Shown here piece by piece: positions 42,235-56,608 of a DNA stretch of 64,000 bases (the first letter of the stretch is position 1; each line of letters opens with the position of its first letter). A model generated the notes under the pieces. That model was not told the origin of the DNA. It did no database searches and saw only the letters and a list, made by a program, of their open reading frames with translations. The position numbers and the translations under genes are program-made. The stretch comes from Eledone cirrhosa (Eukaryota): the NCBI GenBank assembly GCA_964016885.1, contig OZ024740.1:264368001-264432000 (forward strand). Direction: 5' to 3'.

Positions 42235-42807
42235 TATAACATTTATAGTTCCTGTCTGTTTGTTTGTTTGTTCACGAACTCCTATGATTTTGGAGATAGA
42301 CTCCCATAACCACATATATTCTGAAACTATATTGCATAAGGTACTTGGATAAGTACATTTCATTTCAATCAAAGGGTTTCCCGGGGACACAAGTACCCGC
42401 TGAACATTTTTCCCTTCGATTGATATGTAATTTAAACCATTGGTAAATGACAAGATATGAAGCCTATTCACAAAAGTTTTGAATTGGCATTTTGAAAAAG
42501 ATTATTTACAAGAAACGAAATAAGAATAACATTTAGTAATGTAATTTTGATTTGATATATTACAAAAAAAAATGTTTTCCAATGTTTCATGCATTACATT
42601 TTACATTAAGAAATATTTGTTTCTACTTTAGGCACAAGGCCAGCAATTACCCAGTGCATTATTGGTACTTCATTTTATGGACCCCGTAAGGATGAAAGGC
42701 AAAGTCAACATCGGCGGGATTAAATTATACCACTGATTTAAAATCAATCATCATTTTCTTACAAAAAAATGTGTGAAACGCAGCAAGAAGCAGGTAATTC
42801 GACTAGT
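42235..42807 (+). mobile_element. Non-autonomous Helitron-like element carrying a SINE fragment
   Basis: 5' (TTTG)n block after TA; ends ..gcagcaagaagcaggtaattcgaCTAGt. Confidence 0.45.
42615..42722 (-). mobile_element. tRNA-derived SINE, 3' fragment
   Basis: Reverse complement of the 26505-26606 segment. Confidence 0.75.
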
Positions 42808-42886
42808 ATATATATATAATATATATATATATGAACTGTTTAAGTCTGATTCCTAGGTATGTCACTATTTATAAAACAAATTTTGT

Positions 42887-42945
42887 ATTTTGTCTGATGA
42901 GGGCGTACCAAAGTTTTGGTACCCTTGAAATATACATAATAGAAT
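42887..42945 (+). ncRNA. Type I hammerhead ribozyme
   Basis: auuuugu-CUGAUGA-gggcguaccaaa gu uuugguacccuu-GAAA-uauac-AUA-auagaau. Confidence 0.75.
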
Positions 42946-43624
42946 AAATATGGTTTTATCAAGATAGTTTCCATTTATTAATATCATTGATATTATACTC
43001 CAGAGAATCTGTCGAGTCTTCGAATTTGTTATAAATACATTTGAAAAAAATTAAAATATTGTAAAGCGAATAAATGAAACAAATCGATCTTGAATATCTA
43101 TACCAATTTCTAGTCCAATCGTCAACACTAGAAGCAGAAAATGAATATGCATACATACATATATATATGACCCCTTAGCCTTTGTCAAGGCAGAATTCTA
43201 GGAGAAGGAAAACTCTCATATAACAACTGCATCCCTGATGGTATCCAATGATGTTGACTTGATCTTCTTTTTGGTAAATATCATCTTGGTTAAGAGAGTG
43301 GGACTGGCTTTGTGCAGTGCCTTTGCACACTATAAAACCTTCACGGCACAGGCATTGCTTTATATCTGGAGATCTCTCTGCACTTGTCGTCACATGGTAC
43401 CATGGGCCCAGCACTATGTCTCAATAATTGTGACAAGTGTAGTGTTTGTACCAGAGTTTTCAAGTCGCTGGCTGGACTAAAAATTCACACTCGTTGAGCG
43501 CATCGGTAGGGGTTCTCTTACATGGATATAAAGTAGTGGCCGTACTCGAAAACGAGTTGGCAGCCACTATGTACTATGTACCATGTATATATATACATAT
43601 ATATATATATTATATATATAAATA

Positions 43625-43711
<87 letters not shown>

Positions 43712-43948
43712 GTTAAAAGAATAGAGGTGTAACACACAAGTTATTATATATTGGTAAACGGAATAGAAAATGCTGACAAATTGTTCACAGTGAAAAATAG
43801 TTTAATTAGGAATAAATGAGAATTAGTAATTGTATTGGTTAGTATTCTGTTTTGGTTTTAAGTTTTACCGGTTGCGCATTTCTAAATGCTTTTCAAAAAT
43901 AATTAATTCTGACATAGAGCGTCCGTGATTTTTGCTCAGATCAGAGCA

Positions 43949-44048
<100 letters not shown>

Positions 44049-45303
44049 CATATTCATTTTCTGCTTCTAGTGTTCATGATTGGACTAGAAATTGGTATAG
44101 ATATTCAAGATCGATTTCTTTCATTTCTTCTCTTTACAATATTTTAATTGTTTTCAAATGTTGACTAATTTTGTTAATATTGATATCGTTGCTGGTAAAA
44201 CAGGATATCACATCTTTCCTTAATCTCATGTCCCGTTATTTCATCATGTTGGGGTTTGAATATTGTCGACAGTGCTATGGTATATCAGAACAATCTATAT
44301 GTCGGGTACACGTGTAACAAACATTATAAGTTGCCTACAAATTTATGACACATTATTATCTGCCCGAAAATCCTACAAAACTGATTCTCAAATCCATCTA
44401 AAACACTCCTTAATTTCTCTATCGATTAATTCAGTAGTGTTAGCAATTTCTCGTATGTTTCTATGGCGAGAACTCTGACTTTCATATTTTCCCTTATTAG
44501 GAGTCGGCACTTCTTTGGTGGAGCTATTATTTTTGAGATGTTCTCTTTCTGTTACATGAGTACCAAACTGTCCCTAGCAATCTTTCCCCAACAATCACTT
44601 TCTGCCATCGAATAGTATCAAGGTGATATGTTGTTTATGTATGAAGAAGTGGATTCCTCGGCTTCTTAGTATTCTGTTAGCAAAATATGAGAAGCATCCA
44701 TAATATTTACTACTACTTGTTTAGAAATATCTCATATAATTAGGGGTGTATATAATTACATATTTTTATTTAGACTTCTATTCTCTAAGATGGTAGGTGT
44801 TATGTAATGGATACTAGCTACTATATCTAGCACCTCGACTGTTCAGGTAGTCTCATTCTACCGCATATGTTTTGTAACACCATTTGTATGGTGGGCCAAT
44901 CACTGTAGCAGCAGTGGTGCATATTAAACTTCTTCAACAACAATCAAATAATATTATTTATTCATATGAATTTTTTTTTCAGCTGTTATTTCCCCCTAAC
45001 GTTTCCTCGTATCATCTATAACACATTATTCTTTACATATGAAAGATGTTCACTGCGATAATTCTACTTTCCCCATCATGTTCACTATAAAGTAAAAAGT
45101 AAGTTTATAAACACATAACAATGAAGACACTACCATGTTTCTATGTTATTAAGTACCCAGTAGGTCGTCTGTATGAAGAAATTAAATGTTTTATCCTTCA
45201 CATACTCGACTGTCATTTTTTATGCGATGCCGATTACTGCAAAAGTGGCAACATATCAATGATAAGACTATATATGTGTACACACACATGTATATATATA
45301 TAG

Positions 45304-45349
<46 letters not shown>

Positions 45350-45425
45350 ATATATTATATATATATATATAATATATATATAGTAGCATTATTATTATTA
45401 TTATTGTTATTGTTGTTGCTGTTGT

Positions 45426-45463
<38 letters not shown>

Positions 45464-45819
45464 ATAGTAAAATTAGTAGTAATAGTAGTAGTAGTAGTAG
45501 TAGTAGTAGTAACAGTAATATTACTAGCAATAAAAAAGATATTATATCCTTATGAGAAGGAACCCCTGTTATTTAATCAAAAGAAACAGAACGCTTATAA
45601 GCACAGGCATATGTATTTCCACACACAACCACACACACACAGACACATATATATACATACAGACACATACACACACATACATATATATGCTTTACGTGTG
45701 TTGTGTTGAGGCAAATAATTATGTGTATACTCTGATAATGTATCTTACATTGCCCATTGAGTGCGCTGAGATACAACCGGTACTGGCATTGATATATATA
45801 CTGGGTCCGTCAACCCTTA

Positions 45820-45852
45820 TTATATATATATGTGTGTGTGGATATATATACA

Positions 45853-45929
<77 letters not shown>

Positions 45930-45972
45930 ATATATATATATGTATGTATATATATAAATATATATATATATA

Positions 45973-46021
<49 letters not shown>

Positions 46022-46196
46022 TTAAATATATGTGTATATATATATATATGTATGTATATATATAAATATATATATATACATATATATATATATGTATATA
46101 TATATTTATATATATATATATTTATATATATATATATAAATATATATATATACATATATATATATATGTATATATATATTTATATATATATATATT

Positions 46197-46262
<66 letters not shown>

Positions 46263-46263
46263 C

Positions 46264-46299
<36 letters not shown>

Positions 46300-46433
46300 G
46301 TATACATATATATATTTATATATATAATTATATATAAATATATACATATATACATATATATATGTATATATATAAATATATACATATATACATATATACA
46401 TATATATATGTATATATATATTTATATATATAC

Positions 46434-46496
<63 letters not shown>

Positions 46497-46559
46497 CACA
46501 TATATATATATATATATACACATATATATATATATATATGTATATATTTATATATATAC

Positions 46560-46608
<49 letters not shown>

Positions 46609-46646
46609 TACATATATATACATAAATATATGTATATATATATATG

Positions 46647-46697
<51 letters not shown>

Positions 46698-46710
46698 GTA
46701 TATATACAAA

Positions 46711-46751
<41 letters not shown>

Positions 46752-46766
46752 GTATATATATACAAA

Positions 46767-46807
<41 letters not shown>

Positions 46808-46908
46808 GTATATATATACATATATATATATGTAAATATACATATATATATGTATATATACATGTATATATATACATATATATATATGTAAATATACATA
46901 TATATATG

Positions 46909-46955
<47 letters not shown>
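45820..46955. repeat. About 1.1-kb degenerate (TA)n tract
   Basis: Direct reading. Confidence 0.95.
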
Positions 46956-46956
<1 letters not shown>

Positions 46957-47085
46957 TGTGTGTGTGTGGTCGTGTGTGGAAATACATATGCCTGTGCTTA
47001 TACTGTTCTGTTTCTTTTGATTAAATAACAGGGGTTCCTTCTCATCAGGATATAATATCTTTTTTATTGCTACTAATATTATTGT

Positions 47086-47135
<50 letters not shown>

Positions 47136-47498
47136 TTACTACTACTTCTACTACTACTACTACTACTACTACTAACAACAACAACAACAACGATAATAAT
47201 AATAATAATAATAATGCTACTCCTACTACTACTGCTACAGGTGACAGTAGTTACAGTGAGAAATAGAGATGAAGATGTGGTGGTCTCCAACATGCATTGT
47301 AGTTTTTTGATAACCGTTGGCCATTTTAGGTTTGATATTCGTGTATAATTTGCTTTGTTTATTCCATGTGTATTTACTATATATCTATATATGATGCATT
47401 TGTCAGTAGAATATGAACAATTATATTTCAGCATATGCTAAGCATTATATATATACATGTATATTTATATATATACACACACACATATACATATACAT

Positions 47499-47561
<63 letters not shown>

Positions 47562-49339
47562 TGTGAGTGCATGGATATATATATATGTATATGTATATAT
47601 ATATATGTGTATGTAGATAAATACACATATATATATCCATCTACATATATATACATAAACATATATATATATACATGCACTCACACACATATATACATAT
47701 GTGTGTGTGTGTCTGTGTACGTGGGGGTGGGATATATATATTAGACAGATTGCAAAAAATACATAAGTAAAGAGCAATTTTAAAAATAAATATCCATGCA
47801 AAATGTCAAGCGCTGTTTCGTGATATATATTCAAAATGAAGGAGTAAATGCTATCCCTTATAGTAATTTTTTTTAATGTCTTCCCTTCTTTCTTTTGTTC
47901 CCACCCAATGTCTTCTTTTAACTGCTGCTTTGATTATTTGTCGTCTTACGTGTTTATAATATGTTATATATTTATTACAGGAACCGGATAAAAACAAGAA
48001 CAAGATTCTAAACAGTACAGAATCACTGAAGATTAAACTCTTGTTGATAATTAGACCGCATTGCTTGGGATATTAAATATATAATTACTTAATGCATAAA
48101 TATGCTCATGGCTTCTTAATCTTTTTACAGGGTTGAAAGAGAAAAAAAATGGCAGATTCTATTCATGTTTCGAAAATAAACCAGATTTATATGAAGTTTT
48201 AATGGATTTTATTTGCATGCAAATGAAAACATACTTTTATTTTTTTTCATATGCACCATTTGAAAGTAATTTTAGTAGAAAATCCTTTTAAACAATACAT
48301 TGATAATAAAATACTATATAAAATATGTGGTAAAGTAAGGAATGCGTAAGTACCATTGGAACGTTTGTGTTACCATTATTTATTTTTATATTTTACACAC
48401 TAGGTTTCTTTGTAATGCTAAATTGACTTGCTTACACTCAATAAAATAAGCATCACACGGATATCATTTGATGACAAGGTTTGTTTAATTCTACATACGT
48501 TGAACAATTCTAATATTCTGGAAAAACGCATATCTGTATTTTGCAATGCAATTCATTTATTATGTATTAGAATAATACAACCTATTATTGCATTTTAAAA
48601 TATATTAATACACTAATTTCTTTCTACTTTAGTTTATTTACAGTTTACTACACATATAGAAATTGGCTTTTATGTACGCACGGACATTAAGAACAATAAA
48701 CCATGATAAAACGCCATATGTATTTGTATATATATCTGTATGGATCTCTGTATGTATCTCTTTAATATTTACAAATATAAAAAATAAATTTCCTAACTCA
48801 ATCGTTTGATTTCGAATCACAGATTTTTAGGTGTTAGCCCAACATTTATTACTGTAACAAATAATTATCTTCAAATTACTCATGCATTTAATATAGGCAT
48901 ATCGTGGACTGATATATGCTGAAGATTTAGAAATATATTAATGAAATGTTATCCATATCTTTAATCACTTCAATATTTAGTATTCAAAATGAAAATTTGT
49001 GATTCTTTGATGCAGACCATTAATCAATATAAAAGCAAATTTCCCCGTGTTTGTGATTGCTCATATATCCGGTAATCCTGGGATATATGACATGCAATTC
49101 TAGGTTTTAAAAAATTAAATACATTCAACACTATTTTACACATTATCGGGAGCATCTACCCACAAGTTTCATATGGCTATTGCATACATTGTTCCGTATT
49201 GGCATGCAGCATTTCCAGGGTACCTTGACACCTGGCGGAGCCCATCTCCTCTCCAGTCTTCAGCGCATCAGGTTTCTTCTAGAAAATGATTAAGAGAATG
49301 AGAAAAGGGAATTGGTTAAGAGGTACAGAGGAAGACTTG

Positions 49340-49495
49340 ATCCTAGTACTTGACTGGAATTTTTTTATCGACCTTGAATGCATAAAAGCAACGTTAACTT
49401 CGACGGGATGTCAAATCAGAGAGCAGAGAACTCAAACGAATTTTGCAAAGCATTCTATCCGACGTACTAACGACTCTGACAATTCACCGCATTCC
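49340..49495 (-). mobile_element. Diverged SINE copy
   Basis: ttttatcgacc..gttaacttcgacgggat..aattcaccgc. Confidence 0.55.
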
Positions 49496-49909
49496 ATATG
49501 AATAGGAACACAGTATCTTCGTTTCAATGTTACAAAATTGCTGAAAGATGGTACCAAGGCTCCCCGGGTTGCACAGGACCGAGGATAAATATAGGATAAA
49601 GTAGTTTTTGGTAGTTGTTTGACTAGCACTGTAGCTCAGGACCTAGAAACAAATAACTTTAAATATTTAGTTTCGTCATTTTATTTATTTACTTAAATCG
49701 TGCCAGGTTAAACTTTGAATCTGCTACTTTTGGGGTCGAAGTAAATTTATCACCAACCAAATACTGATTCAATTTAAACGACTAGCACCCAGCCAGCCAC
49801 ACAAGAACAGCCTTTACTAAAGTTGCTTCCAAGGCATCCCTGTTCTTCTTAAAATATTCCCTGCTTGATAGAGTTGCAATTTGTATTATATAGATATATA
49901 TATATAGAA

Positions 49910-49983
<74 letters not shown>

Positions 49984-50044
49984 GTATATATATGTATATG
50001 TATATATATGTATATGTATATATATGTATATATATATGTATATA

Positions 50045-50086
<42 letters not shown>

Positions 50087-50253
50087 GTATATATATGTAT
50101 ATATATATATGTTTATATGTATATATATGTATATATATATATATGTTTATATACATATATATATATATGTATATATATGTATATATATATATGTTTATAT
50201 GTATATATATGTATATATATATATATGTTTATATACATATATATATATATGTA

Positions 50254-50318
<65 letters not shown>

Positions 50319-50332
50319 CATTATACAGAGAG
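49910..50332. repeat. (CA)n/(TA)n degenerate tract
   Basis: Direct reading. Confidence 0.9.
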
Positions 50333-51193
50333 AAGAAACATTAGATATAATTAATAAGATACACCATAACCAAATTCCTTCACTACTTCTCGACTACGTA
50401 GTTTCGTGGCATATTATGCAAAAACACTACATCACAGAGATATAGAATGTTTGTGAGGTGTGCCGACTTATCAAGAGGATACCTGATTAAGAGTTTCAAA
50501 ACGCGTCCGTAGGACGCTAGATAGAATCCCGAAAGGCGGACCGTGAGCCAATCACGTGATACAGCGGTCAAGAAACAGAGCTAAGCCTCTTATAATCATG
50601 AAAAAAATACCACGGAGGCGGAGGGGTACTTTTATCAAAGCTGTAGAAGAGGTGGCTAGGGTGGTGAGAGGTATGAGTACTGATAGCTTTCCAGCAGTCA
50701 CTACACTTCAATGGATATATTCATGTATATGTATGTCCGCATATATCTATGTGTTTCCGTATATTGTTTATATCTCCCTATGGTAGAGTAATCATTGCAG
50801 TGTAGTGAGTCCTGGAAAGCTATCATTACTCATACTTCTCGCCACCCTAGCCACCTCTTCTACGGCTTTGATATAAGTACCCCCTCAGCCTCCGTGGTAT
50901 TTTTTTTCATGGTTATAAGAGGCTTAGCTCTGTTTCTTGACCGCTGAATCACGTGATTGACTCCCCCTCCGCCTTTTGGGATTTTATCTAGCGTCCTACG
51001 GACGAGTTTTGAAACTCTTAATGAGGTATCCTCTTGATAAGTCAACAGACCTCACAAACATCCTATATCTCTGTGATGTAGTATTTTTGCATAATATGCC
51101 ACGAAACTACGTAGTCGAGGAGTACTAAAGGAATTTGGGTATGGTATATCTTATTAATTATATCTAATGTTTCTTCTCTCTGTATAATGTATT
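50333..51193. repeat. Inverted repeat (about 390-bp arms, about 80-bp spacer) with a hammerhead-like motif
   Basis: 50333-50712 is the reverse complement of 50793-51193. Confidence 0.88.
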
Positions 51194-51297
51194 AGATAGT
51201 TCTGATCCTGAATCAATCTAATCCATTCGGATTATTTTATCCCAGTTATTCATATATATATATATATAAGTGCTTACACAACAGTTAGTTCACTATA

Positions 51298-51336
51298 CCG
51301 AGAACAATTGTTTCACATTCGCGGATCTTCAGTCGG
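51298..51336 (-). ncRNA. Minimal type I hammerhead
   Basis: ccga-CUGAAGA-weak stem II-GAAA-caauug-UUC-ucgg; palindrome aacaauuguu. Confidence 0.65.
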
Positions 51337-51518
51337 GATGTGTATGGTTATAGGAACAGGAAGGACAACCGTACGGATGCGCATGCACAGAAACTTGGTT
51401 ACTTCACACAGGCAATACTAGACTGCGTACGGGGAATGTAAGGGAGATAACTGCCAAAGTCCGGAAAGTTTTTTGGTTGAAAATAAAATAAAAAAATTAA
51501 AATTAAAATTACAAAGAA

Positions 51519-52016
51519 TCAGTCCGGAACCTTGTAGTTATGCAATAGATGTTTGGTGACGTGTGCACAACGTGTGAAAAATTCACTTCTCGTATTTAGG
51601 CAATCACTATTGCGTAATCTCGTTAGGATAGTTATTCGTTCGTCAATACATAAGCCACACGTCGGATTTCCCCTTGCGTATGTCTTAGACTTAGTGATGG
51701 CTTTCCATTGAATGGAGTACCCTATACTTGAGTCCTTGAGGGACCATACGTGGCTCGCGAGTTTCGTGGATGAACGTCTGTCCGGGTATCTGAAGGTAGA
51801 CTGGTGGTTCAGGAAACGCTCCTTGAATCGGCCCTCCGCCATGCCCACATACGATTTGACCTCCTGTGGTTCGTTTGGTCGGTTGGAAGTCACCACAGCT
51901 TCATATATTACAGCTGGTGTGTTGCATTGTTGTTGACGGTGGCAAGCTTCGGGCTTACGGAAAGAGCACCCTGGTGGGGTGTTGCTCCTAGGGCTGCTGG
52001 AGATGTGGGCTTTCAT
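51519..52016 (-). pseudogene. GIY-YIG endonuclease domain of a truncated Naiad-type PLE
   Basis: 165-aa open segment with VIY/YVG motifs and the conserved Arg and Glu. Confidence 0.85.
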
Positions 52017-52400
52017 GTTCTTAACGCAGGAGTATCCTAGTTTAACTTTGTGTCGGTTAAAGATGGAGCGGTATTTATGACCTATGGAGAAGTGTCTATC
52101 TAAGAGGGCTAGAAATGTTTTTCATACATTGGTTTTAACGTTGAGTGAGAAGGGAGGAGAGAACCAGATAGTTTGTCTATTGATGCGCTTACTTTTCTTA
52201 ATGGTGTTGTTGTTAGTGGGAGAGTAGGTGATAGGTTGTGAGAAGCCGCTGTTAGCCAACGCCGTGTTATTGTAGGGTGCCGCCCTGTCAAAGATAGCCT
52301 TATTAGAGGAGACGTTTGAGATTATAGTACTGATATTCTTAACGAAGTTTATAAAAACAGTGGGAGAGTGGCATGAGTCTTTGTGTATGTAATTAAGTTT

Positions 52401-52443
52401 CTTTGATAAGTACCAACAAGTACGAAACAGAGCTCTGTCAGCT
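52401..52443 (+). ncRNA. Hammerhead, U3-A8 variant
   Basis: cu-UUGAUAA-guac caacaa guac-GAAA-cagagcucu-GUC-ag. Confidence 0.65.
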
Positions 52444-52684
52444 TTATTTCCCCTGTTTGCTGAAAATTTAAAGTAAGTGAGACTCTCACTACTGTAAAAC
52501 AATAGCGTAAGGTCTTTAATTAAGCATACAAAATATTGCAAAATACACTATATATACATTCATATATATATCGCTATTTCAGAGCACCAATTCTAATTTT
52601 CAATTTCTGCTTGACCGGCAACCGCTCTGTATAATCAGTTCCGGATTATTACTAGAATTCTATAAGAATCAAATATTCATGATG

Positions 52685-52779
52685 ATTTTCAGCAAACAGG
52701 TGGAGTACTTACCTTTGATAAGTACCAAAAAGTACGAAACAGAGCTGTGTCAGCTTTATCTCCTCTGTTTGCTGAAAAT
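52685..52779 (+). ncRNA. Hammerhead, U3-A8 variant with long extended stem I
   Basis: auuuucagcaaacagguggag pairs with cuccucuguuugcugaaaau around the core. Confidence 0.7.
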
Positions 52780-52918
52780 TTAAAGTAAGTGAGACTGTCA
52801 CTACTCTAAAACAATAGCGTAAGGTCTTCGAAATGCTTTTAATTAAGCATACAGTGTATTGCAAAATACATTATATATACATTCATATATATATCGCTAT
52901 TTCTGAGCACCAATTCTA

Positions 52919-52957
<39 letters not shown>

Positions 52958-54544
52958 CCTTAGTGAAATTAATTGAAAAAACCCAATTATCTGCAATTTT
53001 CCTTTGCAGTTAGAGAACGGATCCGATCTATCGCCAGGTTATAATTAAAAGCAACTACAAACAAGTGAAGTCATTCGTAATGTTACAGCAGAATATATCT
53101 GTAGCTTTCAGTCAACAGTCGATCTTAGATGCATGAATATTCACGACAAGAAATATACAGATCCTAACTAGATATTTGTATTAATCTTGTGATGAAGGGA
53201 TTTTATATATCGAAATATAACGGCCGATACATAACTGCCAGAGAACATGCCAACGTCATAGTTATCATATTTTGAACAGTTACCGTCCAATTTTTATTGT
53301 GTCAGTTTTCAAGCAAATCACTATTTTCCCTCTTTACATACGCACACATAGACTTATATATATATATGTGTGTGTGTGTGTACATATGTATATATATATA
53401 TATATATATATGTGGTGGTGGTGGTGGTGGGGGGGGGAGTGTTTATGTTGTGTATGTGTATATTTATCAGTATTTTCGTATGCGTATAAGTGCGGTTGTG
53501 AATGTGTGCCTATGCTTTTGTGTGTGGGAGTTAAATAGAAATGCTTCAGGAACACGCGAGTTAATGAATCTGTGAATACTTCCCTAAGAACTACTTCTGT
53601 CTAAAAAATATAAAGCAATTTTCTTCTAGAACTTAAAGCCAAAATGTAATTTCTTATTTCTATTTATTTTGCCACTTTTAAAAATAAATCATATTATTGT
53701 TTCCTCTTGAATTCGTATTTAATGACTATTGTTGAATCAGTAAAAATAAAAATAAGAACGAAAATAAAAAAAAAATAGCTTCTATATCTCTTTACTTCCC
53801 ACTGCTCACATGTGAATGAATTCAGTTACGCTGCGAGCTATTTCACAAGATGCTTCTGTCTCGTAGGAATGGTTTTTCCCGCACCTCTCTAACCTGTGAG
53901 AAAAAGCTTAGAGCCTCATCACAGCAAGTTAATTATTATTTCTAAACCTGGAAATGCAGATAAAAAAAAAAATACCCCACCCCGCAAAACACGACAACGT
54001 GAACGTTTTTAAAGTTTTCACGAACAATAAAGCATAAATAGCTAATGCTTGCTAAAACAGCAATGACAAAGATACAAACGATTACTGACACATCGCAACA
54101 TATCTCTACTAATGTAACTGAAAAAAGCAAATACTACATGTTTAAAATATCATCTAAGAAGAAGCTGCTGTATTTGTCCCTCGATATGCTAGAAATGGGA
54201 GCTATATTTTCTTTTATTGACACTCCACCATTGAAATAAGATACAAAGATAGATTAGACAAGGCATTTATAAAAACTCCTAAAGAGATGTCTTGATTAAT
54301 TTGATTAGATGAAATGGTTGCTTGATTTCAACGATATGGCGCAAAATAAGAACAACTATAGTAGTAAGAAACACTCAGGAGAGTGGAACAGCAGTAAGCC
54401 TTCAGAGAAGAAACCCTCCTCATGCAAATGTTTCTGTATTTAGTCGCTGGACTATAGTTCTACTGTAGCACAACCTTGTATACATTTGATAAAGCTAATT
54501 GATCCGGCTATTTACTTAATTTATTGATCTCTTTTAACTTACCT

Positions 54545-54765
54545 TTAGATTACTGGACATAAACAAACAGTAATTTTAAACAGATACGGCAACACGCACA
54601 TTCAGATATAAACATATACGACAGACTTCCACGCAATTTCCGTCAACTAAATTTCACTCTCAGGGCATTGGTCCACCCGAGGTTATTGTAGACATCTACC
54701 CAAAGTAGCAAGAAGTGGCACAGAGTCAGATCTGAAATGGTGGCGAAACGAATCCATTCACTAGA
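54545..54765 (-). mobile_element. Diverged SINE of a third family
   Basis: acgacagacttccacgcaatttccgtc..aaatttcactc..ggcattggtc..cccgagg motif recalled from Octopus-type SINEs. Confidence 0.45.
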
Positions 54766-55829
54766 AAGACATATTTATGTATCAACATTCGTATTAAAAA
54801 GAAACGCAATAACAAAAAACAATCGAAGTCCGTACAATATGAAATCAGTTACTGTTTCTAGGACAACGTTTGATAGTAGATATATTGTTATTCTTATTGT
54901 TTATTGATGTGAGGTGATTATCATATTAGTCATACATAATGTGTTTAGCTCATGTTCATTATAATATTAATCATACGTAATATGATAATGACTTAACTGC
55001 TAATAGCAGCCACGGAGTTCGCTGCGGGTTAATGGCTCAAATGTTGGTTAAATTAGATTATGGCAATTATAAATGGTACTGATGAGAATGATCAGGATGA
55101 ATATAATAATGTATAGTTACGGCCTTAATGGGAATGGCAATGTCCATCAATGTTTCTTGGCTAGAACGTACGAAAGGATGTTTACACAAATAATACTATT
55201 GAATACACACCAAATAATTGTTCCTTTCATTTAAAAAAAAAGAAAAAAAAAAGAAAATATTTGTTAAATGTTGCAGGCCTATATAGCATTATATCATTCC
55301 CAATAAACCAAAGAAGCAACACAGTTAGGTTCAGTCCAACTGTGTGGTACCTCTGGCATGTGTCTTCTTCTATCACTGAGGGATTGATGAATGCCTTGTT
55401 TGGAATTTGATAGACATACACTGCAGCATCCTCTTGTGTATATCTGTATATATATGTGTATGTGTGTGTATGTGTGTATGGGGAGGGGGGTGCTTAGATG
55501 GCTGTGATATGGGTGTGTGCATGCTTGTATTCATGTTTGTCCTGTGTCTGCATCTAATAAATTTGCCTTGCGCTAAAAAGAGATAAAACATAGAAACCAC
55601 GTTTGTAAAAATAATTACTCGGCTCAATTTGAGTGACTTGCGTTAGCATGGTGACAGTCTCATGATTAATGTCTGTAGAAGAATAAAAGTATGGCACATC
55701 AATGAATAGTAGGGCTAGTCACAGAATTCATGCAATTTTCCCCACATAGCACGGACACACGACGTTCTGGCAATTTTCGCTACAAGTAGCGACATCACTA
55801 AATTCACCTTACCTTTCTATAAAGGTGGA

Positions 55830-56460
55830 TGCTATGAAAATGATATTTCAGCCTTAAATAAACCAATTTCAGAATCTAAAACCAAAAATAACCATGTTAT
55901 GTCATGTCGCTCTTGAATACTACTGGTAACAAGTAACTCAGTAAAACCTGTCACATGGTCGGGTCGTAGGATACCGAACCGGCAAATGCAACAAGCTTGC
56001 CTGTTGATGAGGGTAATTTCTGAACATCTTGCGGAATTAGAAAAACAAATGAACGTCAAAATGAAGAGGACCTCAGGAGAGTCAACGGCCATCGAATATT
56101 ATTTAGAAATCAGCAGGTAGATCGATTTCGTTAGCTACTGGTTATCAACCTGAAGATTAACTCTGATTTTTAAATCATGGCAAATGGGACAGCTTATTTA
56201 TCTCGGTGACTAGAGACCAACAGCTTCATACTTTCAAGTGTCCAACAGCTTCCTACTGGAAATAATCCAACAAACTCGTGCTTGCAGTGAATGCATATGA
56301 GCTGCGGTTGGGGATCCAGCTTCCGAGAATAGTCCGGTGAGCATCTGTGATCTGCGACGACATTATTGTCTTGTTGAAAATCAAGGCCAAACAGCATCAT
56401 ATAGAAGAGTATTGATGTAATTGACTATGGGCCCAGCTTCTCAGCACTGATGATGAGAAG
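55830..56460 (-). mobile_element. Heavily decayed RTE-like LINE RT fragment
   Basis: Remnants resembling LLFADD, FGL, EINK and GHV in the expected order. Confidence 0.35.
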
Positions 56461-56569
56461 AAACCAAACAATCAATCTTCCACTATGTATAAAAATATAT
56501 TTCTTTAGTTGCTATGTATATAGATAATAAACTCACCATACATAATGCATACATATATATGTATAAGTG

Positions 56570-56608
<39 letters not shown>

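Larger units (their letters stand above)
51270..52400 (-). mobile_element. Penelope-like element, Naiad-type 3' fragment (RT thumb + GIY-YIG + pLTR)
   Basis: LNYIHKDSCH, IWFSPPFSLNVKTNV, VIYEAVV..YVGMAEGRFKERFLNH, CGLCIDE. Confidence 0.88.
52401..52925 (+). repeat. Partial tandem repeat (312-bp offset) of a hammerhead-bearing pLTR
   Basis: 52401-52600 matches 52713-52925; ends at (TA)n. Confidence 0.85.

Noticed and set aside
47000-47055. CUGAUGA..GAAA on the minus strand
   Set aside because: No convincing stems I or II; the mirror copy reads CTTATGA
47970-48060. Possible host exon after a tttattacag acceptor-like site
   Set aside because: No recognisable protein, donor site or partner exons
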